Position numbers and translations under genes: made by a program. Shown here in pieces: positions 24,610 through 35,105 of a DNA stretch of 64,000 nt. Positions within the stretch are counted from its first letter, which is position 1; each line of letters begins with the position of its first letter. The stretch covers positions 96,001-160,000 of the IMG/VR virus record IMGVR_UViG_3300037247_001786, one strand, 5' to 3'. The notes beneath the pieces are model-generated. The model worked only from the letters and a program-made list of their open reading frames with translations, did no database searches and was not told the origin of the DNA. Source of the DNA: a virus (Duplodnaviria; Caudoviricetes).

Positions 24610-24698
24610 AGGATTATTCGGTAATAGAAAGAATGATTATTTATCAGCTTATTTAACTGATAAAACAAATAAAAGGAATAATAATATAATGTTAGAAT
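24610..24698 (+). promoter_or_regulatory. Two tandem class II (sigmaH-like) promoters (24610-24634, 24674-24698)
   Basis: AAAGGATTA...AAGAAT and AAAGGAATA...TAGAAT, both AGGA-N17-GAAT. Confidence 0.65.
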
Positions 24699-24747
24699 AT
24701 TATTATAAGAACCTGTAATTAGTAAAGATTAATAACGGAGATAAAAT

Positions 24748-25230
24748 ATGGCAGATTTTCAAGAAACATATGTAAAAATAGCGGAAGCTACTGCTGCTTC
24801 AAGAGACGCTCTTAATGATGCTGTAACCCCTTTAGGAGACTCTACTTCTTATGATGGGCTTGGCAGTGATGGAAATGTTAAGGTTATTGTTGATGTACAG
24901 TCTTCAGGAGAAACTGGCGATTTTAATGAAAGTACTATTTCAGAGATTCAATTCGAAATAGACACATTAGTCCCAGCTAATTCTACTTGGACACAAGTAA
25001 GAGATATAGCTACATCTGATTCAGCGTACACAGTACTCGTAACAGCATTAAATAATTATGTAATTAATAATGTTTTAGGCGAGGTAAGTGATTCAGGTAC
25101 AGATAGCGGTAGTTATCAAGCAACCTTACAGCTTTTCATTGAGAACGATTGTGTTTGGAGCGATCCTAGCTTAGGATCTCCAGCATCATGGTTGTCATTA
25201 TCAACATCTGCTGGATTTACAGTACTATAA
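24748..25230 (+). CDS. Acidic hypothetical virion protein
   Basis: 160 aa, SD GGAG, directly upstream of the tail tube gene. Confidence 0.7.
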   Translation: MADFQETYVKIAEATAASRDALNDAVTPLGDSTSYDGLGSDGNVKVIVDVQSSGETGDFNESTISEIQFEIDTLVPANSTWTQVRDIATSDSAYTVLVTALNNYVINNVLGEVSDSGTDSGSYQATLQLFIENDCVWSDPSLGSPASWLSLSTSAGFTVL

Positions 25231-25255
25231 TAAGAATTTTTAAGGGAGATAAAAA

Positions 25256-26245
25256 ATGGCTACAAATCCTTTCTTTGACCAGCCACCTGCATATATGGGA
25301 TATGTTGGTTTCGTCAATATTGATGGAAACATCATCAGGGCGACATCGGCTGATATTGCATTAACGCAAGACATTACAAAACCTGACGTTGTAGATGGAC
25401 GTATTGACAGGACAGTCTATCAGCTTGGACCTCAAGAGGTTGGAGGTTCAGTAGCTTTTCCTGCGATATATGACAATGCTGGAGGAGTAACAACGATAGC
25501 AAATATGTGGGAAAAAGTTTGCAAAAGAACAGAGTTAGGCACTTTGTTAAGTTTCCCTATTACTGTTAAGTACGCTCAAACTGGAACATATAATAGTTCA
25601 AGTTTTACTTATGATAATTGCGTAGCAAATAGTCTTCAATTTTCTGTAACTCAGGGAGACGTTATGAATGTAAGTATGGACGTTATAGGGCTAACAAGAA
25701 CGCCTGTATCGATACCAGACCCACCTGGAACTTCTACTTCTACGGATAACAGCAGAATTGTAACATGGGCTGATTCAAGAATAGAGATAAACGCAGGAGA
25801 TCAACGTCCTATTGGATTGGCAGGACAAATCGGAGGTCAATTCATTAGGTCTTTTGAAGTTAATATAAGTAACAACGTAGAAAGATTTTATACTTTGAAT
25901 AAGGCGTTATTTGCTCAAGCGGTAGCTCCTTCCAAGAGAGACGTAACAGGCAATATAGTTGTTCTCGGTAGACTACCAGGTTTATCAGAATTAGCATTTA
26001 CAAATGAAAATTATGCATACGAAGATACAGAGATCCGTTTTGGATTCACTCCTTCTATTGGCAGCTCCGAATTTATTAGAAGAATCCCTAATGTTGTTTT
26101 CCAAATTGAAGAAATGTCAATTACTAACAACTTATTTGAAACTACAATGAATTGGCATTCGCTTCCAGCTGCAAGAATTGCAAGTTCGACAACTACAGCG
26201 ACGACAGATCCTTTATTGGATACAACTTTCACTACTACCTATTAA
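25256..26245 (+). CDS. Major tail tube protein
   Basis: NSLQFSVTQGDVMNVSMDVIG, RSFEVNISNNVERFYTL, KRDVTGNI tube-fold patterns; precedes chaperone and tape measure. Confidence 0.78.
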   Translation: MATNPFFDQPPAYMGYVGFVNIDGNIIRATSADIALTQDITKPDVVDGRIDRTVYQLGPQEVGGSVAFPAIYDNAGGVTTIANMWEKVCKRTELGTLLSFPITVKYAQTGTYNSSSFTYDNCVANSLQFSVTQGDVMNVSMDVIGLTRTPVSIPDPPGTSTSTDNSRIVTWADSRIEINAGDQRPIGLAGQIGGQFIRSFEVNISNNVERFYTLNKALFAQAVAPSKRDVTGNIVVLGRLPGLSELAFTNENYAYEDTEIRFGFTPSIGSSEFIRRIPNVVFQIEEMSITNNLFETTMNWHSLPAARIASSTTTATTDPLLDTTFTTTY

Positions 26246-26253
26246 ACACTTTT

Positions 26254-26283
26254 AAAAGGGGCGACAAGTTCGCCCCTTTTTTT
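26254..26283 (+). terminator. Strong Rho-independent terminator after the tail tube gene
   Basis: AAAAGGGGCGA-CAAGT-TCGCCCCTTTT followed by a T run. Confidence 0.85.
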
Positions 26284-26394
26284 CTTTTCCCCCCACACCC
26301 CCCCACTTATCGAAAAAAGTCTTTTTTTTCGATATATATAATGCAGGGAATCTGCATAGATATTAAATCATTATTATTAAAAGGAGGACATACT

Positions 26395-26826
26395 ATGTCT
26401 CTATTTGATGCAAGCTCTATAGAAGTAAAGCTTTATTATATCTTTAGGAAAAAAGATAATTCTACTATTTTAACAGTTTTAAGTGACGAGAAGGCTGAAA
26501 AAATGTTAGCAGATGATGAAAAGAAGAAAGAAGTAGAAGTTTTAATTACTCAATGGTCAGTTATGAGTTGGGATGAGCAAAATGCTTCAGTTAAGTATGC
26601 TTATGATAAAGTCAATGAGATAACAGGTGAAAAAATATTTGATCATGTTGCTTATCGAGATGCCATTATAAAATCCTGTTTAAAAGGTTGGGATATTGAG
26701 ATAAATGGGCAACCGGCACCATTAACACCAGAAAATATTAATAGATTGCCAGGTGAAGTAGTGATGGCTATATACTCGAAGTATGAGCAAACGTTAAGTT
26801 ACACTGAAGCTGAATTAAAAAACTAG
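26395..26826 (+). CDS. Tail assembly chaperone (gpG-like)
   Basis: SD AAGGAGG before ATG 26395; IKSCLKGWDIEING.P.P.T.ENINRLP; ends in A AAA AAC TAG. Confidence 0.8.
   Translation: MSLFDASSIEVKLYYIFRKKDNSTILTVLSDEKAEKMLADDEKKKEVEVLITQWSVMSWDEQNASVKYAYDKVNEITGEKIFDHVAYRDAIIKSCLKGWDIEINGQPAPLTPENINRLPGEVVMAIYSKYEQTLSYTEAELKN
26817..26823 (+). other. Programmed -1 ribosomal frameshift slippery heptamer A AAA AAC
   Basis: XXXYYYZ heptamer immediately before the stop; the -1 frame continues LALAAADLATG... to 27029. Confidence 0.8.
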
Positions 26827-27029
26827 CCTTGGCGGCTGCTGATTTAGCTACCGGACGACCAATTGGGGTGAAGCCAGTCCCAGAAGAACTCGTTTGGTTC
26901 CTACTTGGCAAAGAATTCCATTGGTCGCCACCACAAATAAAAGCGATGGACAAGAAAGATGTTGATGCTATGATTTATATCTTATCTACATATAATAGAG
27001 TAAAAAATCAAATAGTACAAAAAAAATAA
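26823..27029 (+). CDS. Frameshift extension of the tail chaperone (gpGT-like)
   Basis: FLLGKEFHWSPPQIKAMD resembles gpT-type motifs; the TTG 26829 start lacks an SD. Confidence 0.72.
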   Translation, partial: LALAAADLATGRPIGVKPVPEELVWFLLGKEFHWSPPQIKAMDKKDVDAMIYILSTYNRVKNQIVQKK

Positions 27030-27544
27030 TGGAGAAAGAAATGAAAAATTTATTTATAACAGAAGATGATATCTTTGAAGTAAAAATATATGTTGCAGAA
27101 GATGAGGAAGGTTTGATATATTGCGACATAACCGAAGAAGGAGTAAATATCCTATTAGAAGATAAAGACCTTTCTATAGAAGAGTATAAAGTGGTCTTCA
27201 GAAAACCTTCTTTTGGAGATTTAAAAACGCTAACCGACATATTAACAGCCCCTAGAGAAACCGAGATGGGAATAACTTATGATATGAATCCAATTGCTAC
27301 TAGAATACAAACAATAAGCTTTTTTATTAAAGATTGGAATTTAGTTGATAGTAAAGGAGAGAAAGTGCCAACTACTGAAGAAAATATCATGAAATTAAAT
27401 CCTATTATAGCGGCAGCTATAGGCATTCAGTTAGATTTTAATTTAAGTAGCAAAGAAGTAGATAGCGTTGAAGAGCCATCTCCACCAGTTCCTCCAACTA
27501 TAGAGGAAATATCAGAGACAGATGTATCTGTAGTAAAAGTGTAG
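27029..27544 (+). CDS. Second tail assembly chaperone-like protein
   Basis: FRKPSFGD...FIKDWNLVDSKGEKVPTTEENIMKLNP aligns with the first chaperone. Confidence 0.65.
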   Translation: MEKEMKNLFITEDDIFEVKIYVAEDEEGLIYCDITEEGVNILLEDKDLSIEEYKVVFRKPSFGDLKTLTDILTAPRETEMGITYDMNPIATRIQTISFFIKDWNLVDSKGEKVPTTEENIMKLNPIIAAAIGIQLDFNLSSKEVDSVEEPSPPVPPTIEEISETDVSVVKV

Positions 27545-27561
27545 CAAAAGAAGACGAATAA

Positions 27562-27586
27562 AGGTTTTTTTCGCGAAAAATATAAT
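27562..27586 (+). promoter_or_regulatory. Class II promoter for the tape measure gene
   Basis: AAAGGTTTTTTTCGCGAAAAATATAAT. Confidence 0.55.
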
Positions 27587-27624
27587 GTAAATATATCATT
27601 TTCATTTATGGAACATATTAAATC

Positions 27625-30600
27625 ATGGCTGAATCAGAAAACATAGAACAGCTTATTGAACGTACTATAAAAATATATCTTGAATCAGAGGGTTTTGCTG
27701 ATCTAGATAGAGGCGTTAAATCTGTTAAGAGAGAGATAGATGCTCTCCGTAAGTCCGCAAAAAATGCGGGAAACACTATCACTGATTTAAATAAAGAGAT
27801 GCTTGACAGTGTTAAAAAGTATATCTCTCAACAATCAAAACAGTCTAAAGAAGTAACTGGTCTTACTAAAAAATATAAAATGCTTGGACAAGCGGCTAGG
27901 GGAACTAATAGGTACCTTGGAGAAATGGGCATCGGACTTCGGAAGATAGCTGGTTTTTCTAGTTTGGGGAAAATGATAGGGGAAGCAATATCTTTTGAAA
28001 AATCTCTTCTTAAACTTTCTTCGTCTACTAACAGACTAGGGATAGGGATTACCTCTTTAGAAAATAAAATAATTAGCATGTCTATCTCTACAAAATTAAC
28101 TAGAAAAGAGACGGTGGAATTATTTTCTGAATTTAATAAAAATTATAAATTTGTTTCATTTAGAGAATTCGAATCATTGCTTGGTCGAATACAGATGATG
28201 GTTGGGACTAATAAGGAAGCAATACAGGGATATATGTCATCTGTTTCTTCTTTGTCTCAAAAATATGCTGGATTAGCACAACAAATAGCTCTAATAGGTA
28301 AGGGAGGAACTGCTGAGGATGAGAAATTTATAGCATCTAGATTACAGATGTTATATCTTACCAATCAGATTGGGGATAGCGAATATCGAAATATAATAGC
28401 GGTTGTTAGAGGAAATCGTCAATTATCTAAATATGACAGAATTCGACAACAGCAAGCGAAAGATCAGGTTGAAGCTGCTGCTAAGTTTAAATTACATATG
28501 GAAAATGTTGCCATAAGTATAGGGCAAACAATATTACCTCTTTTAGAAAAAATTTCTGACATTCTGGATAACTTAACAAATGGAGGAGAAAATTGGGGTA
28601 AGGCAATGCTATCGGGTATTGCTATTCTGGGGACAGCTAGGCTTGGGGTAGCCGCGTTATCGATGGGAGGCAGAGCTTTAGCCTCTGGTGCTATAGGAGC
28701 AGGTGGAGCCGCGGCAGCAGGAGGAGCTACTGGGATAGGGATAGCAGGGGCTGCTGGAGCATCAATGCTACCAGCCGCTGGAGTATTAGGAGGAGTCGCT
28801 GTTGGAGGAGCTGTTGCTTATGTAGGGGATAGAGCTAGAGGTGAATACGAAGATAGAAGTAGGAAACAAAGCGGTTGGGCGGCGGTAGGTACAGAGACAA
28901 AAGGGCATGCTGCAGGGGCACTGTCGGCAGGAGCTGGAGGAGCACTAATAGGTGCTGCTATCGGAACATTTATTCCCATTCCAGGATTAGGAACAGCTTT
29001 GGGAGCTGCTATAGGTTTTGCTACAGGATCTCTTATTGGGCTAGGTAGGACGATACAAGCGGATGTGGAGTATAATTCTGATAAAGCGAGAAAAGCACGA
29101 GCACGAACAGAACTGGTAAAAAGAAAAGCTGAAGCAGAAATAAATAGGGGAAGAAAGCAGGAAACGTCTGACGCTATGGAGTCAGGTCGGATGAAAGGCA
29201 CATTGGCTAGAACTCCAGGTGACATGATGAGTATTTATACTTCGGCAGCGACAGTAAGAGAGTCTTTTAAAATAGCAGAAGAAAAAGCATATGCTACTTT
29301 AGGAGGAAAAGAGGCTTTCGGGGCAAAAATAAAAACAGCCGGAGAGGGACTTCAAACTGCAAGGCAGGGAGAAGGGTCTATACGTGCAGATATTAAAAAG
29401 GTTAAAGACTCAGAGGAAGGGACTAAAAAAGAGAGAAAAGAAAGAGTAAAATCTTTGCGAGCGATGTTAGCTGTACAGAAAGAAGAGGTCGCACAAAGAG
29501 AAGCTGCTGCCGAGAAACTGAAAGAACAAGAAAATGAGATATTAGAAACTTTGCATAGTCAAAATGTAGAGCTAGTTAAATCAGAAGCTTCTTTTGATGC
29601 TATGAAAGAAAGTATTAGAGAGATGGCGGAGTATGCCAAAGAGCTTCAAGGTTTAAAAGAAGCAAAGTTTGGATTAATGGGAGCAGAAGTTGAAAGAATG
29701 GGGCTAACAGGTAATGTAGATACAGGTAGGCTATCTGATCTTAGAGAGGGCACAGTTGCTACTATACTTAAAGCTGTTAAGGCACAAGAATCTTACCTAA
29801 AAGGTGCTAGGATGATTCAGAAAATTCAAGGGGAAGAAGGGAAGAACGCTGAAAAAATAAGATTAGCCGATTTAGTCAAACGAAATATAATGACAAAAGA
29901 AGAGGCTAGTCAATACGGCGATATAAATTCTAAATTAAAAGATATAGTTATTACTGATAAGGAAATAATTAAAGCAGAATCAATTATTATTCAAAAGAAT
30001 AAAGATTTAAATAGGGTTGTGCTTGAAACAAATAAGGCATTTGATGCTAGGGTTAAATATGCGGGATTATTAGCTTCTCAGGCTGAGTTACAGGTTCAAT
30101 TAGCAGATAGTTATGCAATAAGTTTAGGAGCTTCAGCCGAAACTCGTAAAAGAGCATTCGTAGCAATAGGCGAAACGATTAATGAGTTAGAAAAGAAAAG
30201 GCAAGACATTATAAAACAGCAATCTGAACCTCAATCAGAAGCAATAATGCTATCTTTGAAAACGCAAAGATTAACGTTAGAGAATCAGATAACTCAAGAA
30301 CATATCAAGCAAGCTAATTTAGTAAAGGCATTAAGAGATGGGTGGATAGAGGCTGTTGGTGCTATGAATACTGGAGCTGGAACATTCACTAAGATTATAC
30401 TTGATCAAAATAAAGGAACAGCGGCTGCTTTAAGGCTTGCAGGCGACGCAGCTGTTATCTCTAGCGTTAGCGGTAGCATAAGACCTGGTGCAGGATATCG
30501 AACTTCAGAAAGATTTAGTCCTGTTGGAGCTGGGGGCATTTCAGATATAACCGGGGCAACAGGTAAAAGAGATTTAGCTTATAGGACAACAGCGGACGAA

Positions 30601-30912
30601 CAGCTAGGGTTAGCCGTTGGAGGTATTCAAAGAATGGGTAGGGATAGAGCCATTAGAGATATCACGGCAAGAAATAGAGCTGCTGGATCAGGAAACTTAA
30701 CAGGGGTAGCTTTCGGAGGCAGTAGGCACTATGAAGGGGCAATAGGCGAGGGAATGGCTCTTCAAAATAATGTAGGAACAGTTAATGTAAAAGTTACTTT
30801 AGAAACAGATGAGCAAAAAATAGGTGAACAAATAGGTAGGGCAGTTGCACCAGCAGTTAAGAGAATTGTTCATGAAACTTCTGCTCAAATCATTGACGGG
30901 ATTTCTCCTTAG
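27625..30912 (+). CDS. Tail tape measure protein
   Basis: 1095 aa, helical/coiled-coil with a central Gly/Ala-rich hydrophobic stretch; follows the chaperones. Confidence 0.85.
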   Translation: MAESENIEQLIERTIKIYLESEGFADLDRGVKSVKREIDALRKSAKNAGNTITDLNKEMLDSVKKYISQQSKQSKEVTGLTKKYKMLGQAARGTNRYLGEMGIGLRKIAGFSSLGKMIGEAISFEKSLLKLSSSTNRLGIGITSLENKIISMSISTKLTRKETVELFSEFNKNYKFVSFREFESLLGRIQMMVGTNKEAIQGYMSSVSSLSQKYAGLAQQIALIGKGGTAEDEKFIASRLQMLYLTNQIGDSEYRNIIAVVRGNRQLSKYDRIRQQQAKDQVEAAAKFKLHMENVAISIGQTILPLLEKISDILDNLTNGGENWGKAMLSGIAILGTARLGVAALSMGGRALASGAIGAGGAAAAGGATGIGIAGAAGASMLPAAGVLGGVAVGGAVAYVGDRARGEYEDRSRKQSGWAAVGTETKGHAAGALSAGAGGALIGAAIGTFIPIPGLGTALGAAIGFATGSLIGLGRTIQADVEYNSDKARKARARTELVKRKAEAEINRGRKQETSDAMESGRMKGTLARTPGDMMSIYTSAATVRESFKIAEEKAYATLGGKEAFGAKIKTAGEGLQTARQGEGSIRADIKKVKDSEEGTKKERKERVKSLRAMLAVQKEEVAQREAAAEKLKEQENEILETLHSQNVELVKSEASFDAMKESIREMAEYAKELQGLKEAKFGLMGAEVERMGLTGNVDTGRLSDLREGTVATILKAVKAQESYLKGARMIQKIQGEEGKNAEKIRLADLVKRNIMTKEEASQYGDINSKLKDIVITDKEIIKAESIIIQKNKDLNRVVLETNKAFDARVKYAGLLASQAELQVQLADSYAISLGASAETRKRAFVAIGETINELEKKRQDIIKQQSEPQSEAIMLSLKTQRLTLENQITQEHIKQANLVKALRDGWIEAVGAMNTGAGTFTKIILDQNKGTAAALRLAGDAAVISSVSGSIRPGAGYRTSERFSPVGAGGISDITGATGKRDLAYRTTADEQLGLAVGGIQRMGRDRAIRDITARNRAAGSGNLTGVAFGGSRHYEGAIGEGMALQNNVGTVNVKVTLETDEQKIGEQIGRAVAPAVKRIVHETSAQIIDGISP

Positions 30913-30957
30913 TGGTTATCATATCTTTTTATAGAAATTTTTATTTTCAGGACGAAT

Positions 30958-33900
30958 ATGGCTTCAAGAGACACTATAGGATTTTTATGCTACAATAATT
31001 CAGAATTAGTTAGAGATGGATATATTGACTCCGTTGTAGCTCTTGAACATAATGCTGATGATTTTAATTTTCGAAAATTAACCAGAAATAGGAAAGGTGT
31101 TACATATCAACTTATAAAAGATGATCCAGATGACCCAGATAAGATAACTAAAGTAATCGAAAGAAGAAAACTTCTTCCTGCCGAAAAAATTAAGATAGAA
31201 ATTCAATTCGGAAAAACTCTTAAAAATGCAGTAACTCACCCTATCGCTCCCGGAGCTATTCCTGGATTTGTTGGTTTTTTAGTTGGAAATCCGTTAGCTG
31301 GAATAGGCTTTGGTGGAGTAACTTCAGGATATACTGATTTCGTATATGACATTATAGATTCAGAGATGAAGATAAATGAGAAAATTAAAATAACCCAAGA
31401 GGTGTTAAATACTGGTATAATTACTTTTGATTCTTTTCCTGTTTCTATTTTTGGAATAGTTAGAGAGTATCAAGAAGAATTGTTAGACGATGCAGCAGTT
31501 GCCCAATTTAAAGAAACTCATCCACAAGGAAGAGTAGAGCTAGACCCTGTTACTGGAGCAACGGTCGGTAAGGTCGGATTAGATTTTACAGGAGAGCAAA
31601 CAGAAAGGATAGGGCAGCACAGTAGAGGGTCATATCAGGGGGGACCGAGAAAAAGAATTGATGGAGCTACAAATAAAGAGGGACAATTCGGAGAAGTTGG
31701 GGTTCCTCGTATACAAATAGTGGAAAATCTTGGCGACTCTGGAGAGCCTCCGGATCAGGAAGTAGTATTACTTGCCGGTCAGGAAAATATTTTTGTTGAG
31801 ATAGTAAGAGATTATAGAAAATTAAAATTTAGAGGAGACAATAGGGACGTTAGTGGGCAAAGGCGTTATCCTTTTAAAAATAGAGGATTAGATGATGTCA
31901 CGGATAATAGCATAAGAATAGATTTAGCTCATCTTCGTTTAGATGATACTATTTATATTACTTTTTGCACATCTAGTAAGCGTAGGGTTCGCCAAGCTAT
32001 GCGTCATAAAGGAATTGTTGGACAAGGGAACACTGTTGGGGTTACGGGTTGGAATTTAGAAATAGGAAGTGAGATGGATATATTTGATTTCCAGATAAGA
32101 GATTGGATAGTTCCTGCCGTTGTTCCTAGAAGAATTGATTCTCCAGATGATCAATTTAAAATAACTTTTAACGAATATAGAAGTTGGAAAATAGTAGAAG
32201 ATACCCTTCCAGAGGATGAGGCTAAATCTTATTTTAATCAAAGATTTGACAGAATAGAAGGTTGGAGGATGTCAAGTGTAATCACATCTCGTTTAGATGT
32301 TATGTGGGCTGCTGATTATAGGGGCATTGTTTTAATGGGAGATAATAGTCCAGCCGTCGTTGTTTTTCCAGTGTCATCGATAAAGGATAGAGAGTGGTTT
32401 TTAAATTATGTTAAAGGGCTTGATTTTGTAGAGAAGCACGAAGACCCTATTACGGGGAATATTATTTATGATAATTTAGAGATAAAGATAGACCATATTT
32501 ATAAAAAATTAAACAAAATGGCTGAAGGTCCAATTGATATCGGTAGCACTGCTAACGCTCTTAATTTCGATAGGGAAAAAATTCCTTATTATTATGATTT
32601 CGCCAAAGCGTTGCAATCGGTTTCTTCTTTCGATGAGGATATTATAGGTGCAGGAGTTGGGATACCAGCCCTTGATGTTTTGTTAAAGCAATTGTTAGAT
32701 GATGGAGCTATTCCAGGATTAACTGCTGAATCTTTTTATAAAGAAGAAAATGCTTTCTATATATCCCAAATTGGAATAGCTTTTAATAATGCTACTTGGT
32801 CAACTTTAGATTTAAAATATTCAGATTTATCTCTTTCTCATTTTCAATGGTCTCCGATGCAACCTATTGCTACTTGGGATTGTTCTGTAGATTTTCCAAT
32901 TAAAGAACATCATTATAATTGTCATACTTATGACCCAGGCGGAGGACCAGGGATTTGGTTTTCTACTAGCTATATAGAAAATGAACTTTTTGAGTGGAGA
33001 CCTCCTGGAGGATTTATAGAAAGTTATTGGAAAATGGACACTCCTTATTTTTGCGGAGAGTTCGGCAAAAAAACTAGAATATATATAGAAAGAGTGGGAG
33101 GAAATAGTTTAGATAATAATAGCTGGATATATGTAGATACTAGAGCTGATGTGCCAGAAACAATATCTATGGATAAAAATATATTGACAGAAGAAGCCTG
33201 TTTATTTTTCTACGACAATGATTATCAAGACAGTGCTTCGTATCATCTATTTTCAGATAATACAGTAAAAGATAGTTTTAAATTTTTAGAGATAAATTTA
33301 GACAAAACTCACGCAAGAGATTTTCTTAATTCTAATGATGATGAATCTGCAATGATAGAAGTTCATAACAATCAAAAAATAATAGGCTATAATAATATTT
33401 TAGGGGATAGCCCTAGTTATAGTAAAGGACAGCCTCTTACTAATGATTTTTCTTATGTTTTTCATAATAATTTAATTGGTTTTTGGCAAGAAGTAGATAT
33501 TTTAAATGGGACTAACCCAAGTGGATTATCCTTCGATTTAGATTTTTCAGAAAATATTCCAAGAATAAACAATATTCCTTCTAATTGGGCGATGAAAGAG
33601 ATAAATATAGAATATAGAATACCTTCCGGAGAAAACATAAAAGTTGGAGAATCTTACATAACCTTATATTTTGAAGAAGAAGAAGTGAGTATAAATAATT
33701 TAGTTATATCTAAAACTACTTTTGAGGATACCTATCTATTAAAAATAAATTGTCAATACTATAATTCCGAGACGATACAATTATTAGGAGACATTTGGAA
33801 AAAAATAGACGTAATTAAGTTTAATGCAATAATTGCGGATACCTTTGAGTTAAATGACGTAAAGATAAAAGAGGGGCAAACCTCAGTTGTTTATGATGGC

Positions 33901-35097
33901 AATGGTAAAACTATGGTGTTTTTTGCAGATAGTAAAAATGGGAATATATCTGTCGCTGTTTCTTATAATAACGGTAAGTTATGGAATATTTTCAGAGATA
34001 TAGTGAGGTTAGTATCGGATGAAGTAATTACTCTACCAGTTGCTTTACAAGATAGTAAAACAAAAATGATACATTTATTTTATGTTTTAAATGATTCTTT
34101 TTTAATGTATAAACCTATAGATCCGGAAATGTTTGTTGCTCAGGATATATGGGTAGATTATGTTGCTCCAGATTTTTATGATAACACTTCTACGGATGAT
34201 GATGTAAGCGACGAGTCTTCTTCTTTATATCCATTCTCTGATCCAGGTAGAAGTTTAAGAAGAGGGGTTAGTTATTTTGTATTGGGAGATGCAGAAGATC
34301 AATATTTTATAGATCAGATAACTATCACTAACAATATTTTACTAAATAATAGCTCTAATAATTTGGATCAGAGTATTAGATTTAATTTTCTGGGCGAGAC
34401 CAGTAGTATGGATTCAAAATTTAATGGAAAGCCTTTTGCTGTGAACATAGACAATAGAGGTGTTCCAAGGTTATTTTTTACAGAAGAAGACGGAGGTTTT
34501 TCGATTAAATTTAGTAGGGATTATTTTAGATGGGATTATATAGCTAAAAGTCTTCCATTACATAAAACTTATTTAACTGATGATATAATAGAGGAAGACA
34601 ACACTGTAATCAGTAATATACAGGTAGCTAGAAATTATTATGATGAAGGGTATATATATATCTTTTATTTCTATAGAGGCATGTTATTGATGAGAGTTCT
34701 GTCTCCAGAGATACTTACAGTCGATATCGATGGTAGCGGAGATGTAGATGAGACAAGATTAAGAAAATATCTTGATATTACGTCAAATAGCTACTCTTCT
34801 CTCCCTATATTTATTGTTGGTAACATCCCAGATGATATTTTAAATTTAAGAGTACGGGAATTAGATGATGGATCTGTTTCTCAAATAGCTATACAATTTC
34901 CATATAATAGATCAGATATCCTTAAAAAATTTAATCAAGATTTCGAAATAGACACAAGCACTCAAGTATTTAGTTATATAACTGGTTCGGGAGCGGTTAG
35001 AGTTTTTTATAAGGATATTTTGGGCAATGTTAATGGAGCTTATATAACAGGGGAACTTCCTGTATTGGAAATTTTTTATGAATTAAAAAAGGAGTAA
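30958..35097 (+). CDS. Large tail-tip/baseplate protein with Asp-box propeller region
   Basis: 1379 aa, acidic; VAVSYNNGKLW Asp-box-like motif; position after the tape measure. Confidence 0.65.
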   Translation: MASRDTIGFLCYNNSELVRDGYIDSVVALEHNADDFNFRKLTRNRKGVTYQLIKDDPDDPDKITKVIERRKLLPAEKIKIEIQFGKTLKNAVTHPIAPGAIPGFVGFLVGNPLAGIGFGGVTSGYTDFVYDIIDSEMKINEKIKITQEVLNTGIITFDSFPVSIFGIVREYQEELLDDAAVAQFKETHPQGRVELDPVTGATVGKVGLDFTGEQTERIGQHSRGSYQGGPRKRIDGATNKEGQFGEVGVPRIQIVENLGDSGEPPDQEVVLLAGQENIFVEIVRDYRKLKFRGDNRDVSGQRRYPFKNRGLDDVTDNSIRIDLAHLRLDDTIYITFCTSSKRRVRQAMRHKGIVGQGNTVGVTGWNLEIGSEMDIFDFQIRDWIVPAVVPRRIDSPDDQFKITFNEYRSWKIVEDTLPEDEAKSYFNQRFDRIEGWRMSSVITSRLDVMWAADYRGIVLMGDNSPAVVVFPVSSIKDREWFLNYVKGLDFVEKHEDPITGNIIYDNLEIKIDHIYKKLNKMAEGPIDIGSTANALNFDREKIPYYYDFAKALQSVSSFDEDIIGAGVGIPALDVLLKQLLDDGAIPGLTAESFYKEENAFYISQIGIAFNNATWSTLDLKYSDLSLSHFQWSPMQPIATWDCSVDFPIKEHHYNCHTYDPGGGPGIWFSTSYIENELFEWRPPGGFIESYWKMDTPYFCGEFGKKTRIYIERVGGNSLDNNSWIYVDTRADVPETISMDKNILTEEACLFFYDNDYQDSASYHLFSDNTVKDSFKFLEINLDKTHARDFLNSNDDESAMIEVHNNQKIIGYNNILGDSPSYSKGQPLTNDFSYVFHNNLIGFWQEVDILNGTNPSGLSFDLDFSENIPRINNIPSNWAMKEINIEYRIPSGENIKVGESYITLYFEEEEVSINNLVISKTTFEDTYLLKINCQYYNSETIQLLGDIWKKIDVIKFNAIIADTFELNDVKIKEGQTSVVYDGNGKTMVFFADSKNGNISVAVSYNNGKLWNIFRDIVRLVSDEVITLPVALQDSKTKMIHLFYVLNDSFLMYKPIDPEMFVAQDIWVDYVAPDFYDNTSTDDDVSDESSSLYPFSDPGRSLRRGVSYFVLGDAEDQYFIDQITITNNILLNNSSNNLDQSIRFNFLGETSSMDSKFNGKPFAVNIDNRGVPRLFFTEEDGGFSIKFSRDYFRWDYIAKSLPLHKTYLTDDIIEEDNTVISNIQVARNYYDEGYIYIFYFYRGMLLMRVLSPEILTVDIDGSGDVDETRLRKYLDITSNSYSSLPIFIVGNIPDDILNLRVRELDDGSVSQIAIQFPYNRSDILKKFNQDFEIDTSTQVFSYITGSGAVRVFYKDILGNVNGAYITGELPVLEIFYELKKE

Positions 35098-35105
35098 TCT
35101 ATTAA

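Noticed and set aside
24748-26245. Contractile tail sheath or extracellular injection system
   Set aside because: No sheath-sized gene or sheath motif next to the tube; the frameshifted chaperone and tape measure fit an ordinary long-tailed phage. A sheath elsewhere in the genome is not excluded.
26289-26306. G-quadruplex from the C-rich tract
   Set aside because: The minus strand has only two long G runs, not a clear four-tract motif; kept only as a compositional oddity.
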